Assembly: GCA_965249575.1 (NCBI GenBank)
Contig: OZ252244.1
Location: 1,280,001 to 1,344,000 of the forward strand
Direction of reading: 5' to 3'
Length of the DNA: 64,000 bases
Origin: Gemmatimonadales bacterium
GTDB lineage: Bacteria; Gemmatimonadota; Gemmatimonadetes; Gemmatimonadales; GWC2-71-9
The notes beneath the pieces are model-generated. The model made no database searches. It was not told where the DNA came from and was given only the letters and a program-made list of their open reading frames with translations. Both the position numbers and the translations under genes were made by a program. Positions 1 to 10,796 of the stretch are shown here, in pieces; position 1 is the first letter of the stretch; every line of letters begins with the position of its first letter.

Positions 1-52
1 GCGCGATGGTCTGCCGTTCTCTCGGGGTCGAGTCGAAGCGTGCAACGACCTC

Positions 53-1330
53 TCACGTCGATGGACCCGGCCTCTTGTAGATTCGGCCGTCCTTCATCAC
101 GAAGCGCACGTCTTCCAGCGTGGTCACATCCTCTAGGGGGTTTCCCTCGACGGCGACCAGGTCTGCCAGCAGCCCGGGAGCAATCCGGCCCCGGTCGTCC
201 AGGCCGAGCAGGTCAGCGGCGTTCACGGTCGCCGAGCGAAGGGCGTCTGCGGTCGAAATGCCACGCTCGACCATGGCGGCAAATTCCTTCCCATTATCGC
301 CGTGCGGGATGACAGCCGCGTCGGTCCCGAAAGCGATCTTCACCCCGGCCCGAACCGCACGTTGAAAACTCTCCCGCGCGAGGGGGATGATCGCCTCCGC
401 CTTGGCGCGGATCGGGGGTGGCAGAACACTCATGTCGACCGCATCGCCGACATACGTCGTGGGAACGAGATACGTTCCACGCTCCCTCATCAACGCTACG
501 GCCGCGTCGTTTAGAATCGACCCATGCTCGATCGACGCAACCCCGGCCCGGACAGCGGCCAGGATCCCCTCGGTTCCGTGGGCGTGGGCGGCCACTTTGA
601 CCCCGTGCCTCGTGGCCTCGTCGACGATGGCGCGCATCTCGTACTCGGCGTACTGCTGGGCACCCACCGGCCCCTCGAAGGACAGCACCCCCGCCGTTGC
701 GCAGATCTTGATGACCCCCGCCCCATGCTTGATCTGGTAGCGCACCGCGCGAAGCACCTCGTCGACCCCATCGGCCACCCCCGCTGCCGGTCCGCCCTCG
801 AGCAGACCGGGGGCGTATCCTGTCGCGTCGCAGTGCCCGCCGGTTATGCCGAGGGCATGCCCGGCCGGGATGATTCGCGGACCGGGAAGGAAGTCGCGTT
901 CTACCGCTTTCCGGAGCGAGACAATGGCGAACGATCGTGAGCCGAGGTTACGCACGGTCGTGAAGCCGGCGAGCAGAGTTCGCCTGGCGTTTCGGGCTCC
1001 GCGCAGGGCTCCGTCCGCCTGGGTCTCCGTTACCGCGCGATGCACCCAGTCTCCCTCGAGATCGCCCGAAAGATGGGTGTGCGCATCGATGAGGCCGGGT
1101 AGCAGCGTCATGTCGCCGAGATCGATCGTCTCGACCGCGCTTGGAATGGACGCGGGATTGACGGCGGCGATCCGGTTGCCTTCGACGATGACGACGGCAT
1201 TTCGGGTGACGGTCCCGCTCTCCACATCGAGCATCCGGTCAGCCCGTAGAATGGTGGTCTGCCCCGCCACAATGCTGGGTGCGCATATCAGAGCGCCGAG
1301 CAGGGTTAGCTGAATGCCAGCTCTGAGCAT
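53..1330 (-). CDS. Secreted metal-dependent amidohydrolase (Xaa-Pro dipeptidase-like subgroup)
   Basis: Signal peptide; PGLIDAHTH, GVIKICATAG, AAHAHG, SIEHG, FGTDA and GRIAPGLLADLVAV motifs. Confidence 0.9.
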   Translation of the reverse strand: MLRAGIQLTLLGALICAPSIVAGQTTILRADRMLDVESGTVTRNAVVIVEGNRIAAVNPASIPSAVETIDLGDMTLLPGLIDAHTHLSGDLEGDWVHRAVTETQADGALRGARNARRTLLAGFTTVRNLGSRSFAIVSLRKAVERDFLPGPRIIPAGHALGITGGHCDATGYAPGLLEGGPAAGVADGVDEVLRAVRYQIKHGAGVIKICATAGVLSFEGPVGAQQYAEYEMRAIVDEATRHGVKVAAHAHGTEGILAAVRAGVASIEHGSILNDAAVALMRERGTYLVPTTYVGDAVDMSVLPPPIRAKAEAIIPLARESFQRAVRAGVKIAFGTDAAVIPHGDNGKEFAAMVERGISTADALRSATVNAADLLGLDDRGRIAPGLLADLVAVEGNPLEDVTTLEDVRFVMKDGRIYKRPGPST

Positions 1331-2480
1331 GAAGCGGCTCCCGCGTTTGCTGAGGAGTATTCGAGCGCCTTACGGTCCCGACAAGATGACGGATGGTTCG
1401 AAGATGGGCCACCCGCGTAAGTCATCCTCGCCCTGCGGTGCGCGCCAAACATCGGGGGAGAAGCGCCTTCAGTCCGAGGGTCACCGTGACTGCGGACCAG
1501 GGCAGCCCTCGGGGGTGGGGGTGTTGGATGACTTGCGGGACGTTACGGAGAGGAGAGAGTATCGAGGCTGTGCGCGGGCGTCCACGGTAGCCGCCGCCCT
1601 GCGCGTGCCGTGCGTTACGACCGGCTCAGGAACACCGTCGGATGCATCGCGGCCATGACCGGTTGGGAACGAGGTGCGCTGATCACCCCGAGGTGTTGGC
1701 CGTTGCCGTCATAGAGGGCATAGTCGGCTCCACACTCGGGTGCGCGCCGACGCCCGCCCCTGAGACGACGCACGCGGCGCCTTGCCGAACCCACACCTCC
1801 ACCTCTTGTCGTATCACTCTTGTTGCTGGATGCAACCGCTATCCCCTTCATGTCGCCACTCCTACGGCCGCTGCCGTCCTGGTTTGAGTCCGCCTCTCAC
1901 AGTTGCACACCGTGAGACCCTTCCGCTGGCATCCTTCGGCACCTAACCAATGCACCCTCGGTGCCACAACCTTGATGCTCCGTAAGACGTTGACCAGTGG
2001 AGACTTTGATTTCGCGGGATACCGGCCACTGTCATCTCGCGGGGACAGTCGCCCAGCGGCACTGACCACTTTGGTGCAGGTCCGTGGAAACCCAAGGAGG
2101 AGTTATCCGGTTTTTCGTGCCGAAGGGGTCGAAACGAGGTTACAGCGAGTGCGGGCGTCCGGATCGGGTGTGGGCCTTGAAGAAATCCCTGAGCGCGGCT
2201 CGCCGACCCCCCCTCCATAGAGGCGCCTCCTGGCCAGTCGTGACCACCTCCGACGGCGGCGAAGACAGCAATCTCCGTCCCGGCGGCGCAGCCCGTTTGT
2301 AATTCGTGAACGACCTGATCCATGAGGCGTGACGCGGGCATCGGCACAGCCGTTGTGCGCCGACCAGGATGACCTTGCATGCGCCGTGGATGCAAACGGT
2401 GCGATGCGGTCCCCCGTCCATCGACCATCGTCAGCCAGCCACGCGACCGGCCCTGCACAACACACGATCGCGCATTCCGG

Positions 2481-3857
2481 TCACGGCTTGGCTTCGATCA
2501 ATCTCGCGCTAATTCGAGTTGGTCCCGGCGCGCCGTCCGGCCCGTTGTCCCAGTCCTGAGCGCTCGAAATGTCCGGCACCCCCCACTGATGACCGTTCCA
2601 CCCTGAGAAGCCGTCCATCTTGAATGCCCAGAACCCGCTCCGAAGATCGCTGACCACGATCAATCCGTCGGCGTTTCGCACATCGACCCCCCACACGCCA
2701 TCATAGATCCCTCCCCCATCGCCAACAGATCCACCGAGAAAGAGCCCACCAAGCTCCGGCCCCTCCTTGGTATCGTAATAGGCCACGGTGTACGGATTGG
2801 TCGGATCCATGATGTTCAGCACCTGGAGCGCATCGTCCTGCGCCGATATGAACACGTACGGCCACCGCACCTCGTGGTTGTGCGATGCACCATTCCATTT
2901 GGCGATCCACGCCCCGATCGGCCGGGAGACGGCCGGTGTCTCACCGTCGAGCCCCGGCTTCAAGTCGAACATTCTCACCGGGGAGTACTGGTAGGTCGGT
3001 AACGCCATGAGCAGTGCGTACCGTCCGTCGGGGGTAGGAGTGAAGGTGTGTGCGTTTCGCACCCCTGCCACTCCGGTAACGGACGTCAAGAGCTTGGGAC
3101 TCTCAGGCCGTGTCACGTCGTAGACGTGAGCTCCCGCGGACCCGGCCCCGTAAAACTTGTCCTGGCGAGTCGCGGGATCGTAGCCGACAAAGAAATCGTG
3201 GTATCCCTGCTGCGGCGACGCCGGGTTGTCCGGAACGGGCACCCGCGAGACGAGGCCCTGGCCGGGGTCCCCGCTCGAGAACAGCGCCATGTCATAGATG
3301 TTGGCATGCGGGCCCGTGGTGGTCGTGAACAGGAGGGCCCGTCCATCGGAGTGTTTGTAGGCGTAGATGTTGTGAAATCCACCGGGCGTGTCCACGGCCC
3401 GGAGCCGACCCACTTCCTTGATCGTCGAGGTATCCGGCAGTCCCGTCACGTCGAACACGATCGCGCCCAGATCGGCGTCCGGCCCGCCCCGACGAAATTG
3501 AAACGACGTCACATCGTAATACCGGCCGTGAATTTTCAAGTACTTGTTGTCGACCGCTCCGCCCTGGTGCAGCTCCGGGTTTTCGATGGTCCAGCGATAG
3601 AGAGCCGTGGCCTTGGCCGGGTCCTTAAGACCGATCACCTGGAAACCGGCCGGCACGGCTCGCTGCGTCACGTAGGCGTAGGGGCGCGACATTTCCTGCT
3701 CCATCTCGATGTCGGCGTGGCTGAAGGAGTCGCCGACGAGCGGCAGGTGGGACAGGATTCGAAGATTGGAGCTTCCCTGCAGCCCCGGCGGATGCTGAGC
3801 AAACGCCGGCACCGATGCGAGCCCCAGTGACAGTAACATCAACGAACGCAAGATCAT
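2481..3857 (-). CDS. Secreted 4-His beta-propeller family paralogue P1 (LVIVD/choice-of-anchor-B-like)
   Basis: GGAGGTG RBS before ATG 3857; signal peptide ending AFA-Q; GFHN/YHD/AHTF/HNHE motifs; GWNGHQWG...QDWDNGPDG tail. Confidence 0.9.
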   Translation of the reverse strand: MILRSLMLLSLGLASVPAFAQHPPGLQGSSNLRILSHLPLVGDSFSHADIEMEQEMSRPYAYVTQRAVPAGFQVIGLKDPAKATALYRWTIENPELHQGGAVDNKYLKIHGRYYDVTSFQFRRGGPDADLGAIVFDVTGLPDTSTIKEVGRLRAVDTPGGFHNIYAYKHSDGRALLFTTTTGPHANIYDMALFSSGDPGQGLVSRVPVPDNPASPQQGYHDFFVGYDPATRQDKFYGAGSAGAHVYDVTRPESPKLLTSVTGVAGVRNAHTFTPTPDGRYALLMALPTYQYSPVRMFDLKPGLDGETPAVSRPIGAWIAKWNGASHNHEVRWPYVFISAQDDALQVLNIMDPTNPYTVAYYDTKEGPELGGLFLGGSVGDGGGIYDGVWGVDVRNADGLIVVSDLRSGFWAFKMDGFSGWNGHQWGVPDISSAQDWDNGPDGAPGPTRISARLIEAKP

Positions 3858-3914
3858 GACACACCTCCGGCGCATGCGCGCGGGCCGCGGCTCGGTGTGC
3901 CGCGACGGCGCGCG

Positions 3915-4547
3915 CTACCCCAGTTCAGATTCGTAGGCCCGCTCGTCAGTCCACCCGATCTTGGTATGCGGACCCCATGCCGGGCGCTCGAGAATCTGGC
4001 GCACCATGGCCTCGAACGCGGACAGGGGCATCGTGTCGTAGTGAGGATCGAACGACGCCTGATCGTATTTATGGCAGAACTCTACCGTCTTCTGATACGC
4101 TGGATGATCGCGATACCTCTCGCGCTCATGACGATCCTTGGCGATGTGATGGAAATAGTAGTACCCCTGAAAGATACCGTGCTTCTCCATCATCCAGTGG
4201 GTGGACGGGGTCACGTATGGACGGAGGATCGTGGCGCCGAATTCCGCGTGGTTATCCGGAGCGAGCTGATCACCGAGGTCATGCAGGAGTGACGCGACCA
4301 CGACCTCCTCGTTCTGACCGTCTCGGAACGCGCGGGTGGCCGTCTGGAGCGAGTGCTCGTACCGATCCACCCGCTCTCCCGGAAAGCCCTCATGCAGGGT
4401 GTCGAAGTATTTGAGGACGCGGTCGGCAACGCCAGCGCGAAATGGCTTGGACAGCTCGACAAGCATCTCGTAGTCCTCCCGAGTGCCGTCTTCCATCTTG
4501 GTGTAACTGGCGACGCGTTTCTTTCCTTCGGTTGATTCCACCGCCAT
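3915..4547 (-). CDS. HD-domain protein, PhnZ/TmpB-like (COG4341-type), putative diiron oxygenase or phosphohydrolase
   Basis: EHSLQTA, LLHDLGD, DNHAEFGA, KHGIFQ and KYDQ motifs; GGAGGAG RBS before ATG 4547. Confidence 0.75.
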   Translation of the reverse strand: MAVESTEGKKRVASYTKMEDGTREDYEMLVELSKPFRAGVADRVLKYFDTLHEGFPGERVDRYEHSLQTATRAFRDGQNEEVVVASLLHDLGDQLAPDNHAEFGATILRPYVTPSTHWMMEKHGIFQGYYYFHHIAKDRHERERYRDHPAYQKTVEFCHKYDQASFDPHYDTMPLSAFEAMVRQILERPAWGPHTKIGWTDERAYESELG

Positions 4548-4574
4548 GAGCTCCTCCGCTACTGCCACTCAAGG

Positions 4575-4640
4575 ACCAATGGCCAAATGATCAACACTCG
4601 ACGTCAATGTTCAATCACCAATGTCGATGCTCAATGCCCC
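4575..4640. repeat. Degenerate heptamer tandem repeat (yCAATGn) in intergenic spacer
   Basis: tcaatgt tcaatca ccaatgt cgatgc tcaatgc. Confidence 0.5.
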
Positions 4641-4646
4641 GCTTGC

Positions 4647-6083
4647 TCAGCTCACCCGCGCAGGCGTCGGCGCCCCATCCGGTCCGTTATCCCAATCCTG
4701 CGCGCTGGAGACGTTCGGCATCCCCCACTGGTGCCCGTTCCAGCCATCGAAGCCGTCCATTCTTAGTGCCCAGAATCCAGTCGTCATGTCGCTGACGACG
4801 ATAAGTCCGTCGGCGTTCCTGACATCCACTCCAAAGGCACCGTTGAACACGTCACCGAGCGAGCCCCCAGCTCCCAGGCCCTTTTTGTGGGGACCGTCGT
4901 ACGTATCGTAGAAACCCACAGTGTACGGGTTGGTGGGATCCATCATGTTGAAGACATGAAGCCCATCTTCGTACCCCGACACGAACACGTACGGCCAGCG
5001 CACCTCGTGATTGTGAGCAACGTTCTTCCAGTCAGCTGCCCACGCGCCGACGGGTCGAGTGATGTTTCTCACCTGACCGTCGAGGCCAGCCTTCATGTCC
5101 ACGATGCGAAGGGGCGCGTACTGGTACTCGGTTTCGGCCACCGCGTACCGGCCGGCCGGGGTCGGGGTAAAGGTGTGGCCGAACCCCACTCCCGCCATTC
5201 CTGTGACCGATGTTAGCAGCTTCGGCTCGTCGACTCTGGACACGTCGTAGACATAGTACCCACCCGCTCCGCCACCGTAGAACCGATCCTGGCGCGTCGC
5301 GGGATCATACCCGACGTAAATGTCATGGTAGCCGGGTAGGGCGCGCACAAGGAACTCCGGCAGGTTCGCCGTGGCGTTGGACGGGATCGGAACCCTGCCG
5401 GCCAGGCTTCGGCCGGCCTCGCCGGCGGCTGCCCGCTCCAAATCGTACACATTTGCCTGGGGCCCGAAGGTCGTGGTGAACAACAGCGCTCTGCCGTCCG
5501 AGTGCTTGTATGCAAAGATGTTGTGAAATCCTCCCGGCGTGTCGGCGGCACGGATCCGGTCTACCTCCTCGACCTGTGCAGGGTCGGGGAGGCCAGTCAC
5601 GTCGAATACCACCGCGCCCAGATCCACGTCTGGACCGCCCTGCGCGAACTGGAACGACTGTACGAGGTAGTACCGGCCTCGGATCTTGAAGTACTTGGTG
5701 TCCATCGCCCCCAAGCCCTGATGCAACTCGGGATTGTCGATCCGCCACGAGAAGATCACACCGGAGCGGGTTGGCTCCTTCAGGTCGATGACATCGAACC
5801 CCGCCCCCCCCAGCGAGTGTGGGGAGTCAGGGCCGTGGGTCGTCTCGAACCGGTCGATGTCGAGCGTCAGACCGCCGAGCGCGTTGAATCTGCTCACATA
5901 GGCGAAGGGGCGAGAAAGCTCCTGCTCGATTTCGATGTCCGTCACCCGGAACTCGCCACCCAAGGGGACGTGTGATACTACGTGCAGGTTGGTGCTTCCC
6001 TGCTCTCCAGGTGGGTACTGCGCTGAAACCGGGTGGGCCAACAGCGTTCCCAGAACGACCAAGGAAGGAATTCCCCCGTTCAT
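4647..6083 (-). CDS. Secreted 4-His beta-propeller paralogue P2
   Basis: Same motifs as P1; signal peptide VSA-Q; insertions in blade 1 and before YHD. Confidence 0.9.
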   Translation of the reverse strand: MNGGIPSLVVLGTLLAHPVSAQYPPGEQGSTNLHVVSHVPLGGEFRVTDIEIEQELSRPFAYVSRFNALGGLTLDIDRFETTHGPDSPHSLGGAGFDVIDLKEPTRSGVIFSWRIDNPELHQGLGAMDTKYFKIRGRYYLVQSFQFAQGGPDVDLGAVVFDVTGLPDPAQVEEVDRIRAADTPGGFHNIFAYKHSDGRALLFTTTFGPQANVYDLERAAAGEAGRSLAGRVPIPSNATANLPEFLVRALPGYHDIYVGYDPATRQDRFYGGGAGGYYVYDVSRVDEPKLLTSVTGMAGVGFGHTFTPTPAGRYAVAETEYQYAPLRIVDMKAGLDGQVRNITRPVGAWAADWKNVAHNHEVRWPYVFVSGYEDGLHVFNMMDPTNPYTVGFYDTYDGPHKKGLGAGGSLGDVFNGAFGVDVRNADGLIVVSDMTTGFWALRMDGFDGWNGHQWGMPNVSSAQDWDNGPDGAPTPARVS

Positions 6084-6200
6084 TACACGCCACCCTCTCA
6101 AGTGAGGAGTCCCGCCCCACCACTACCAGCCGAGTGAGGTGTTAAGAGGCCCCCGCCCGCCACAAACTCAGACCATCCGGTGGGGGCGGGGGCCTGTCGC

Positions 6201-7577
6201 TCAGCTCACCGGTGCTGGTGCCCCGTCCGGGCCGTTGTCCCAATCCTGAACGCTGGAGATGTTCGGCATCCCCCATTGATGACCGTTCCACCCGTCAAAA
6301 CCGTCCATCTTGAACGACCAGAAGCCGGTGGACATATCGCTGACGACGATGAGGCCATCGGCGTTTCGGACATCGACCCCAAAAACACCGTTGTAGACGT
6401 TGTCCCCAGGCTCCGACCGGCCCCGCAGCCCGTAGCCCTGCTTGTGGGGGCCGTCGTAGGTGTAGTAGTAGCCAACGGTGTACGGATTCGTGGGATCCAT
6501 CATGTTGAATACCATGAGCCCGTCTTCGTATGCCGAGACGAAAACGTAGGGCCACCGAACCTCATGGTTGTGCGCGAGGTTCTTCCAATCGGCCGTCCAC
6601 GCGCCAATGGGCCGCGAGATGGCTCGCGCGTCGCCATCGAGCCCCGGCTTGAGATCGAACATCCTGAGCGGTGCGTATTGATACTCCGTCTCGGCCACCG
6701 CGTAGCGCCCGTCCGGGGTTGGCGTGAACGTATGTCCGTTGCGGACACCCGCGGCGCCGGTGACGGACGTGACAAGCTTGGCCTCTGCGGGGGCGGTCAC
6801 GTCGTATACGTGGAATCCACCGGTTCCCGCACCGTAGAACTTGTCCATGCGCGCGGCGGGATCATACCCGACGTAGAAATCGTGGTAGTTGCCCCTGCGG
6901 GGTTGGCTGGGATCTTCAGGCACCGGTACGCGGCCCACCCAGCCGTAGTTCGCCTCACCCGCGATGAATCGCTCCATGTCATAGACTCGCGCACCGGGAT
7001 TGCCGTTGGTAGTGAACAGTAAGGGCCGGCCACTGGAATGCTTGTACATGAAGATGTTGTGAAAGCCGCCGGGACTGTCCGGCGCTTCTATGCGGCCAAC
7101 CTCCCGAACCGAGGAAGCATCGGGCAATCCGGTCACGTCGAACACGACCGCTCCCACATTCGTCGCCGGCATGCCCGCGCGGAATTGCAGAGCCTGGACA
7201 TCGTAATAGCGCCCACGATGTTTGAAATACTTATTGTCCGTACCACCCCGATCGTTGTTGAGCTCATTATCTTCGATGCGCCAGGAGAAAACGACCTCCG
7301 CTCGCTCGGGATCCTTCACACTGATCACATCTACACCGGTTGGGATCAGCATCCGGGAGACGTAGACATAGGGTCGCGCCAGCTCTTGTTCCACCTCGAT
7401 GTCGGCCACGGTGAAGACATTCCCGAGCGGTAGGTGCGCCAGCAGCTGCATGTTCGTGCTGCCTTGCGTACCCGGAATGAAGTCTCCGCCAGCCCCTGGT
7501 CGTAGCGGCACCTGGGCAGCAAGGGGGGACGCGAACAGCGGTGTAAGTCCAATCCAGAGAACGAATCGCCCGATCAT
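6201..7577 (-). CDS. Secreted 4-His beta-propeller paralogue P3
   Basis: AGGAGA RBS; signal peptide LAA-Q; family motifs. Confidence 0.9.
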   Translation of the reverse strand: MIGRFVLWIGLTPLFASPLAAQVPLRPGAGGDFIPGTQGSTNMQLLAHLPLGNVFTVADIEVEQELARPYVYVSRMLIPTGVDVISVKDPERAEVVFSWRIEDNELNNDRGGTDNKYFKHRGRYYDVQALQFRAGMPATNVGAVVFDVTGLPDASSVREVGRIEAPDSPGGFHNIFMYKHSSGRPLLFTTNGNPGARVYDMERFIAGEANYGWVGRVPVPEDPSQPRRGNYHDFYVGYDPAARMDKFYGAGTGGFHVYDVTAPAEAKLVTSVTGAAGVRNGHTFTPTPDGRYAVAETEYQYAPLRMFDLKPGLDGDARAISRPIGAWTADWKNLAHNHEVRWPYVFVSAYEDGLMVFNMMDPTNPYTVGYYYTYDGPHKQGYGLRGRSEPGDNVYNGVFGVDVRNADGLIVVSDMSTGFWSFKMDGFDGWNGHQWGMPNISSVQDWDNGPDGAPAPVS

Positions 7578-7680
7578 GATGTCTCCTTTCAGAAGTGAGG
7601 AGGCGTCCCCACCACTCTCGTCCCAAGTAAAGAGTGAGCAGGGCTCACTCGGTGCGGTTGACGTGGGTGGGGCCTCGTCG

Positions 7681-9066
7681 CTAGCGCGCGCTTACGCGCG
7701 CCGGCGCCGGTGCGCCGTCGGGCCCGGCGTCCCAGTCTTGCGCTGACGAGCTGTTCGGCATGCCCCACTGGTGACCGTTCCAACCGTCAAACCCGTCCAT
7801 CTTGAGCACCCAGAACCCGCTCCGCATGTCGCTGACAACGATCAAGCCGTCGGCGTTGCGAATGTCCACACCCCAGGCACCGTTACTCGTGCTCCCGGCG
7901 GCGAACGGATAGACCTGCTGTCTGTGGGGCCCGTCGTATGTGTCGTAGTAGCCGACCGTATAGGGAGTTGTAGGATCCATCACGTTGACGATGTGCAGCC
8001 CGTCCTCGTAACCGGACACGAACATGTAGGGCCAGCGCACTTCCATGTTGTGCAACTTGTTGTTCCAATCGGCGGTCCAAGCGCCAACGGGGCGGTTGAC
8101 GTTCTTGACCTCTCCGTCCATCGCTGGCTTCAAGTCGAACACGCGAAGGGGCTGGTGATCTCCCCCCGAGCGAATGAACAGGTACCGGCCGTCGGGAGTT
8201 GGCACGAACGTGTGGGCGCCATGCTGTCCGGCGAATCCAACGACCGAGGCCAGCAATTCTGGCTCAACTGGATTGCTTACGTCGTATATGTAATTGCCGC
8301 CCAGTGGAGTGACCTCTGGTCCGCCACCGTAGAAGAGATCCCGACGTGTGGACGGGTCGTAGGCCACATAGGCATCGTGGTATCCGCCGCGCACTCCGGG
8401 ACCCCCGCGAGGCTCGGGCAGTGGAATTCGAGAGACAAGCCCGTCGTCACCCGCACCGGTAACGAAGCGCTCCATATCGTAGATATTCGCCCCGTGAGCC
8501 ACACCGAGGGTCGTGACGACCGAGGCGAACATCAACACCCTGCCGCTCGAGTGCTTGTACGTGAAAATGTTGTGGAAGCCACCCGGCGTGTCCGGGGTTC
8601 GTATCCGGCCGACTTCCTGAATCGTCGTCGTGTCCGGGAGCCCCGTCACGTCCACTACGACCGCGCCGAGATCGTAGTCGGGGCCGCTGGGAGAAAACTG
8701 AAACGCCTCCGCGACGTAGTAGCGCCCGTTCACCTTGAAGTAGCGGGCATCGACACTGCCATGACCCCTATGCAGATCGTTGTTCTCGATCACCCAGCTG
8801 TATAGCACCTTGGGCGCTCGTGGCGTCGCGATGCTGACGATATCGAAACCGTAGAACCCGCCTTGGGATCCGAAGCGAGATACATACGCATAGGGCCGGG
8901 CAACTTCCTGCTCGATTTCGATGTCGGCAGCGCTATACCACCCGCCCAGGGGCAAATGAGCCAACACGTGGACGTTCGAGCTTCCCTGAAGGCCTGCGGG
9001 ATACTGCGCGACAGCGTTCGCGAGCGGGACTATCAAGGCACCGAAGAGCACGAATCGTAGGTGCAT
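7681..9066 (-). CDS. Secreted 4-His beta-propeller paralogue P4
   Basis: GGAGA RBS before ATG 9066; AVA-Q signal; family motifs (HNM variant). Confidence 0.9.
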   Translation of the reverse strand: MHLRFVLFGALIVPLANAVAQYPAGLQGSSNVHVLAHLPLGGWYSAADIEIEQEVARPYAYVSRFGSQGGFYGFDIVSIATPRAPKVLYSWVIENNDLHRGHGSVDARYFKVNGRYYVAEAFQFSPSGPDYDLGAVVVDVTGLPDTTTIQEVGRIRTPDTPGGFHNIFTYKHSSGRVLMFASVVTTLGVAHGANIYDMERFVTGAGDDGLVSRIPLPEPRGGPGVRGGYHDAYVAYDPSTRRDLFYGGGPEVTPLGGNYIYDVSNPVEPELLASVVGFAGQHGAHTFVPTPDGRYLFIRSGGDHQPLRVFDLKPAMDGEVKNVNRPVGAWTADWNNKLHNMEVRWPYMFVSGYEDGLHIVNVMDPTTPYTVGYYDTYDGPHRQQVYPFAAGSTSNGAWGVDIRNADGLIVVSDMRSGFWVLKMDGFDGWNGHQWGMPNSSSAQDWDAGPDGAPAPARVSAR

Positions 9067-9196
9067 CTCATCTCCCACGAGAAGAGTGAGAAGCTAGGAG
9101 TGAGGAGGCCACTTTACCCCGCCACCTCCGCGGAGGTGAGACCGGGTCGGGCCTCCTGACTCCTCACTCGGCGCGATGTGGGGTCGTGTCGCCTCC

Positions 9197-10585
9197 TCAC
9201 TGCCGTACGCTCACCTGCACCGGCTTGGGCGCCCCGTCTGGCCCGTTGTCCCAGTCCTGTTCGCTCGAAACGTTGGGGACACCCCACTGATGCCCATTCC
9301 ACCCGTCGAATCCATCCATCCTGAGCACCCAGAATCCGGTCTTGAAGTCCTCGACTACTACGAGTCCGTCGGCATTCCGGATGTCCACGCCGAAGGCTCC
9401 GTTGGCGACGCCCGTTCCGCCGTCGGGATCGCGTACTCCGCCCCATCCGCGCGCATGTGGGCCATCGTACGTGTCATAAAACCCCACCGTATAGGGATTG
9501 GTCGGGTCCATGATGTTCAACACCTGCACGCCGTCCTGGTACGCGGCCATGAAGACATAGGGCCAACGTATCTCGCTGTTGTGCGAGTGGGCCTTCCAAT
9601 CCACGATCCAGGCGCCGATGGGGCGGGATACGGTCTTGGCCTCTCCCTCGAGCGCCGGCTTCAAGTCGAAAACCCTCACGGGGGCGGACTCGTACTGCGG
9701 CTGGCTGAGCGCATACCGCCCGTCGGGGGTCGGTGTGAACGTATGTCCCTTCTGGATCCCCGCCGCACCGATGACTGTGGCGATCAGCCGGGGGGCCTCC
9801 GGGCTCGTCACGTCATAAACGCGATCCCCGGTCGGCGCCGCTCCCTGTGTCGCGCCGTAAAACCGATCCTGCCCGGACTCCGCGTGGTATCCCACGAAGA
9901 AGTCGTGGTAGAAGGTCGCGCCGTTTTGGCTGGGTGGAGACGGCACTCGTCCGATGAGTCCCTGGTTCTCCCCCCCGGAGATGAACTTCTCCATATCGTA
10001 GACGTTCGCGTGAGGGCCCGTCGACGTCGTGAACAGCAAGACCCTGCCGTCAGAGTGTTTGTACGCGAATATGTTGTGAAAGCCACCGGCGAACTCCGGA
10101 GACCGTATCCGACCGATCTCCCGAATCGTCGACACGTCCGGCAAGCCGGTCACGTCGTGCACGACGGCCCCCAGGTCCGCGTCGGGTCCGCTGCGTCCGA
10201 ACTGAAAGCCCTGAACGTCGTAGTACCGGTCGCGCAGCTTGAAGTATTTGTTGTCCATCCCGCCCGTCCCGGCGTGCAGATCCGGGTTCTCGATCTGCCA
10301 AGCGTACAGCATCGTCGGGTTTTCGGGGTCCTTGACGCTGATGATGTTGAACCCATGCACGAGCATTCGCGACGTGTACACGAACGGGCGCGCGACCTCG
10401 CTCTCGATCTCGAGATCGGAGCTGCTGAACGATCGGCCCAGGGGGATGTGGCCGAGCACCCGGAAATTCGAGCTGCCCTGCTCCCCCGGCGCCCGTTGGG
10501 CGCCTGCCGACCCCACTATCGCCAGTGTCAAACCCACCACTAGAACGGTGTGGGACGTCGGCCGCCTGTGAAACTTCCGAATCAT
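9197..10585 (-). CDS. Secreted 4-His beta-propeller paralogue P5
   Basis: AGGAGG RBS before ATG 10585 (ORF-track start 10756 is over-extended); AGA-Q signal; family motifs (HNS variant). Confidence 0.9.
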   Translation of the reverse strand: MIRKFHRRPTSHTVLVVGLTLAIVGSAGAQRAPGEQGSSNFRVLGHIPLGRSFSSSDLEIESEVARPFVYTSRMLVHGFNIISVKDPENPTMLYAWQIENPDLHAGTGGMDNKYFKLRDRYYDVQGFQFGRSGPDADLGAVVHDVTGLPDVSTIREIGRIRSPEFAGGFHNIFAYKHSDGRVLLFTTSTGPHANVYDMEKFISGGENQGLIGRVPSPPSQNGATFYHDFFVGYHAESGQDRFYGATQGAAPTGDRVYDVTSPEAPRLIATVIGAAGIQKGHTFTPTPDGRYALSQPQYESAPVRVFDLKPALEGEAKTVSRPIGAWIVDWKAHSHNSEIRWPYVFMAAYQDGVQVLNIMDPTNPYTVGFYDTYDGPHARGWGGVRDPDGGTGVANGAFGVDIRNADGLVVVEDFKTGFWVLRMDGFDGWNGHQWGVPNVSSEQDWDNGPDGAPKPVQVSVRQ

Positions 10586-10796
10586 GTTGCGCCTCCTGTC
10601 TGGCAATTCGCCCGTTCGCGACCACACTTCGGACACGCGCTGACCGGAACGTGTAACTCGCCCTTCAAAGTGCTGGTGCGGCGCCGTGACGGCAAGGCGG
10701 GAGATTCGTCGGAGATCGCACTCCCTAATCGCACTCCCTAGGGGAGGATTCCGCACCCATCACCGGTCTGGATCGCCTCGAGCTGTCTTCCCACCA

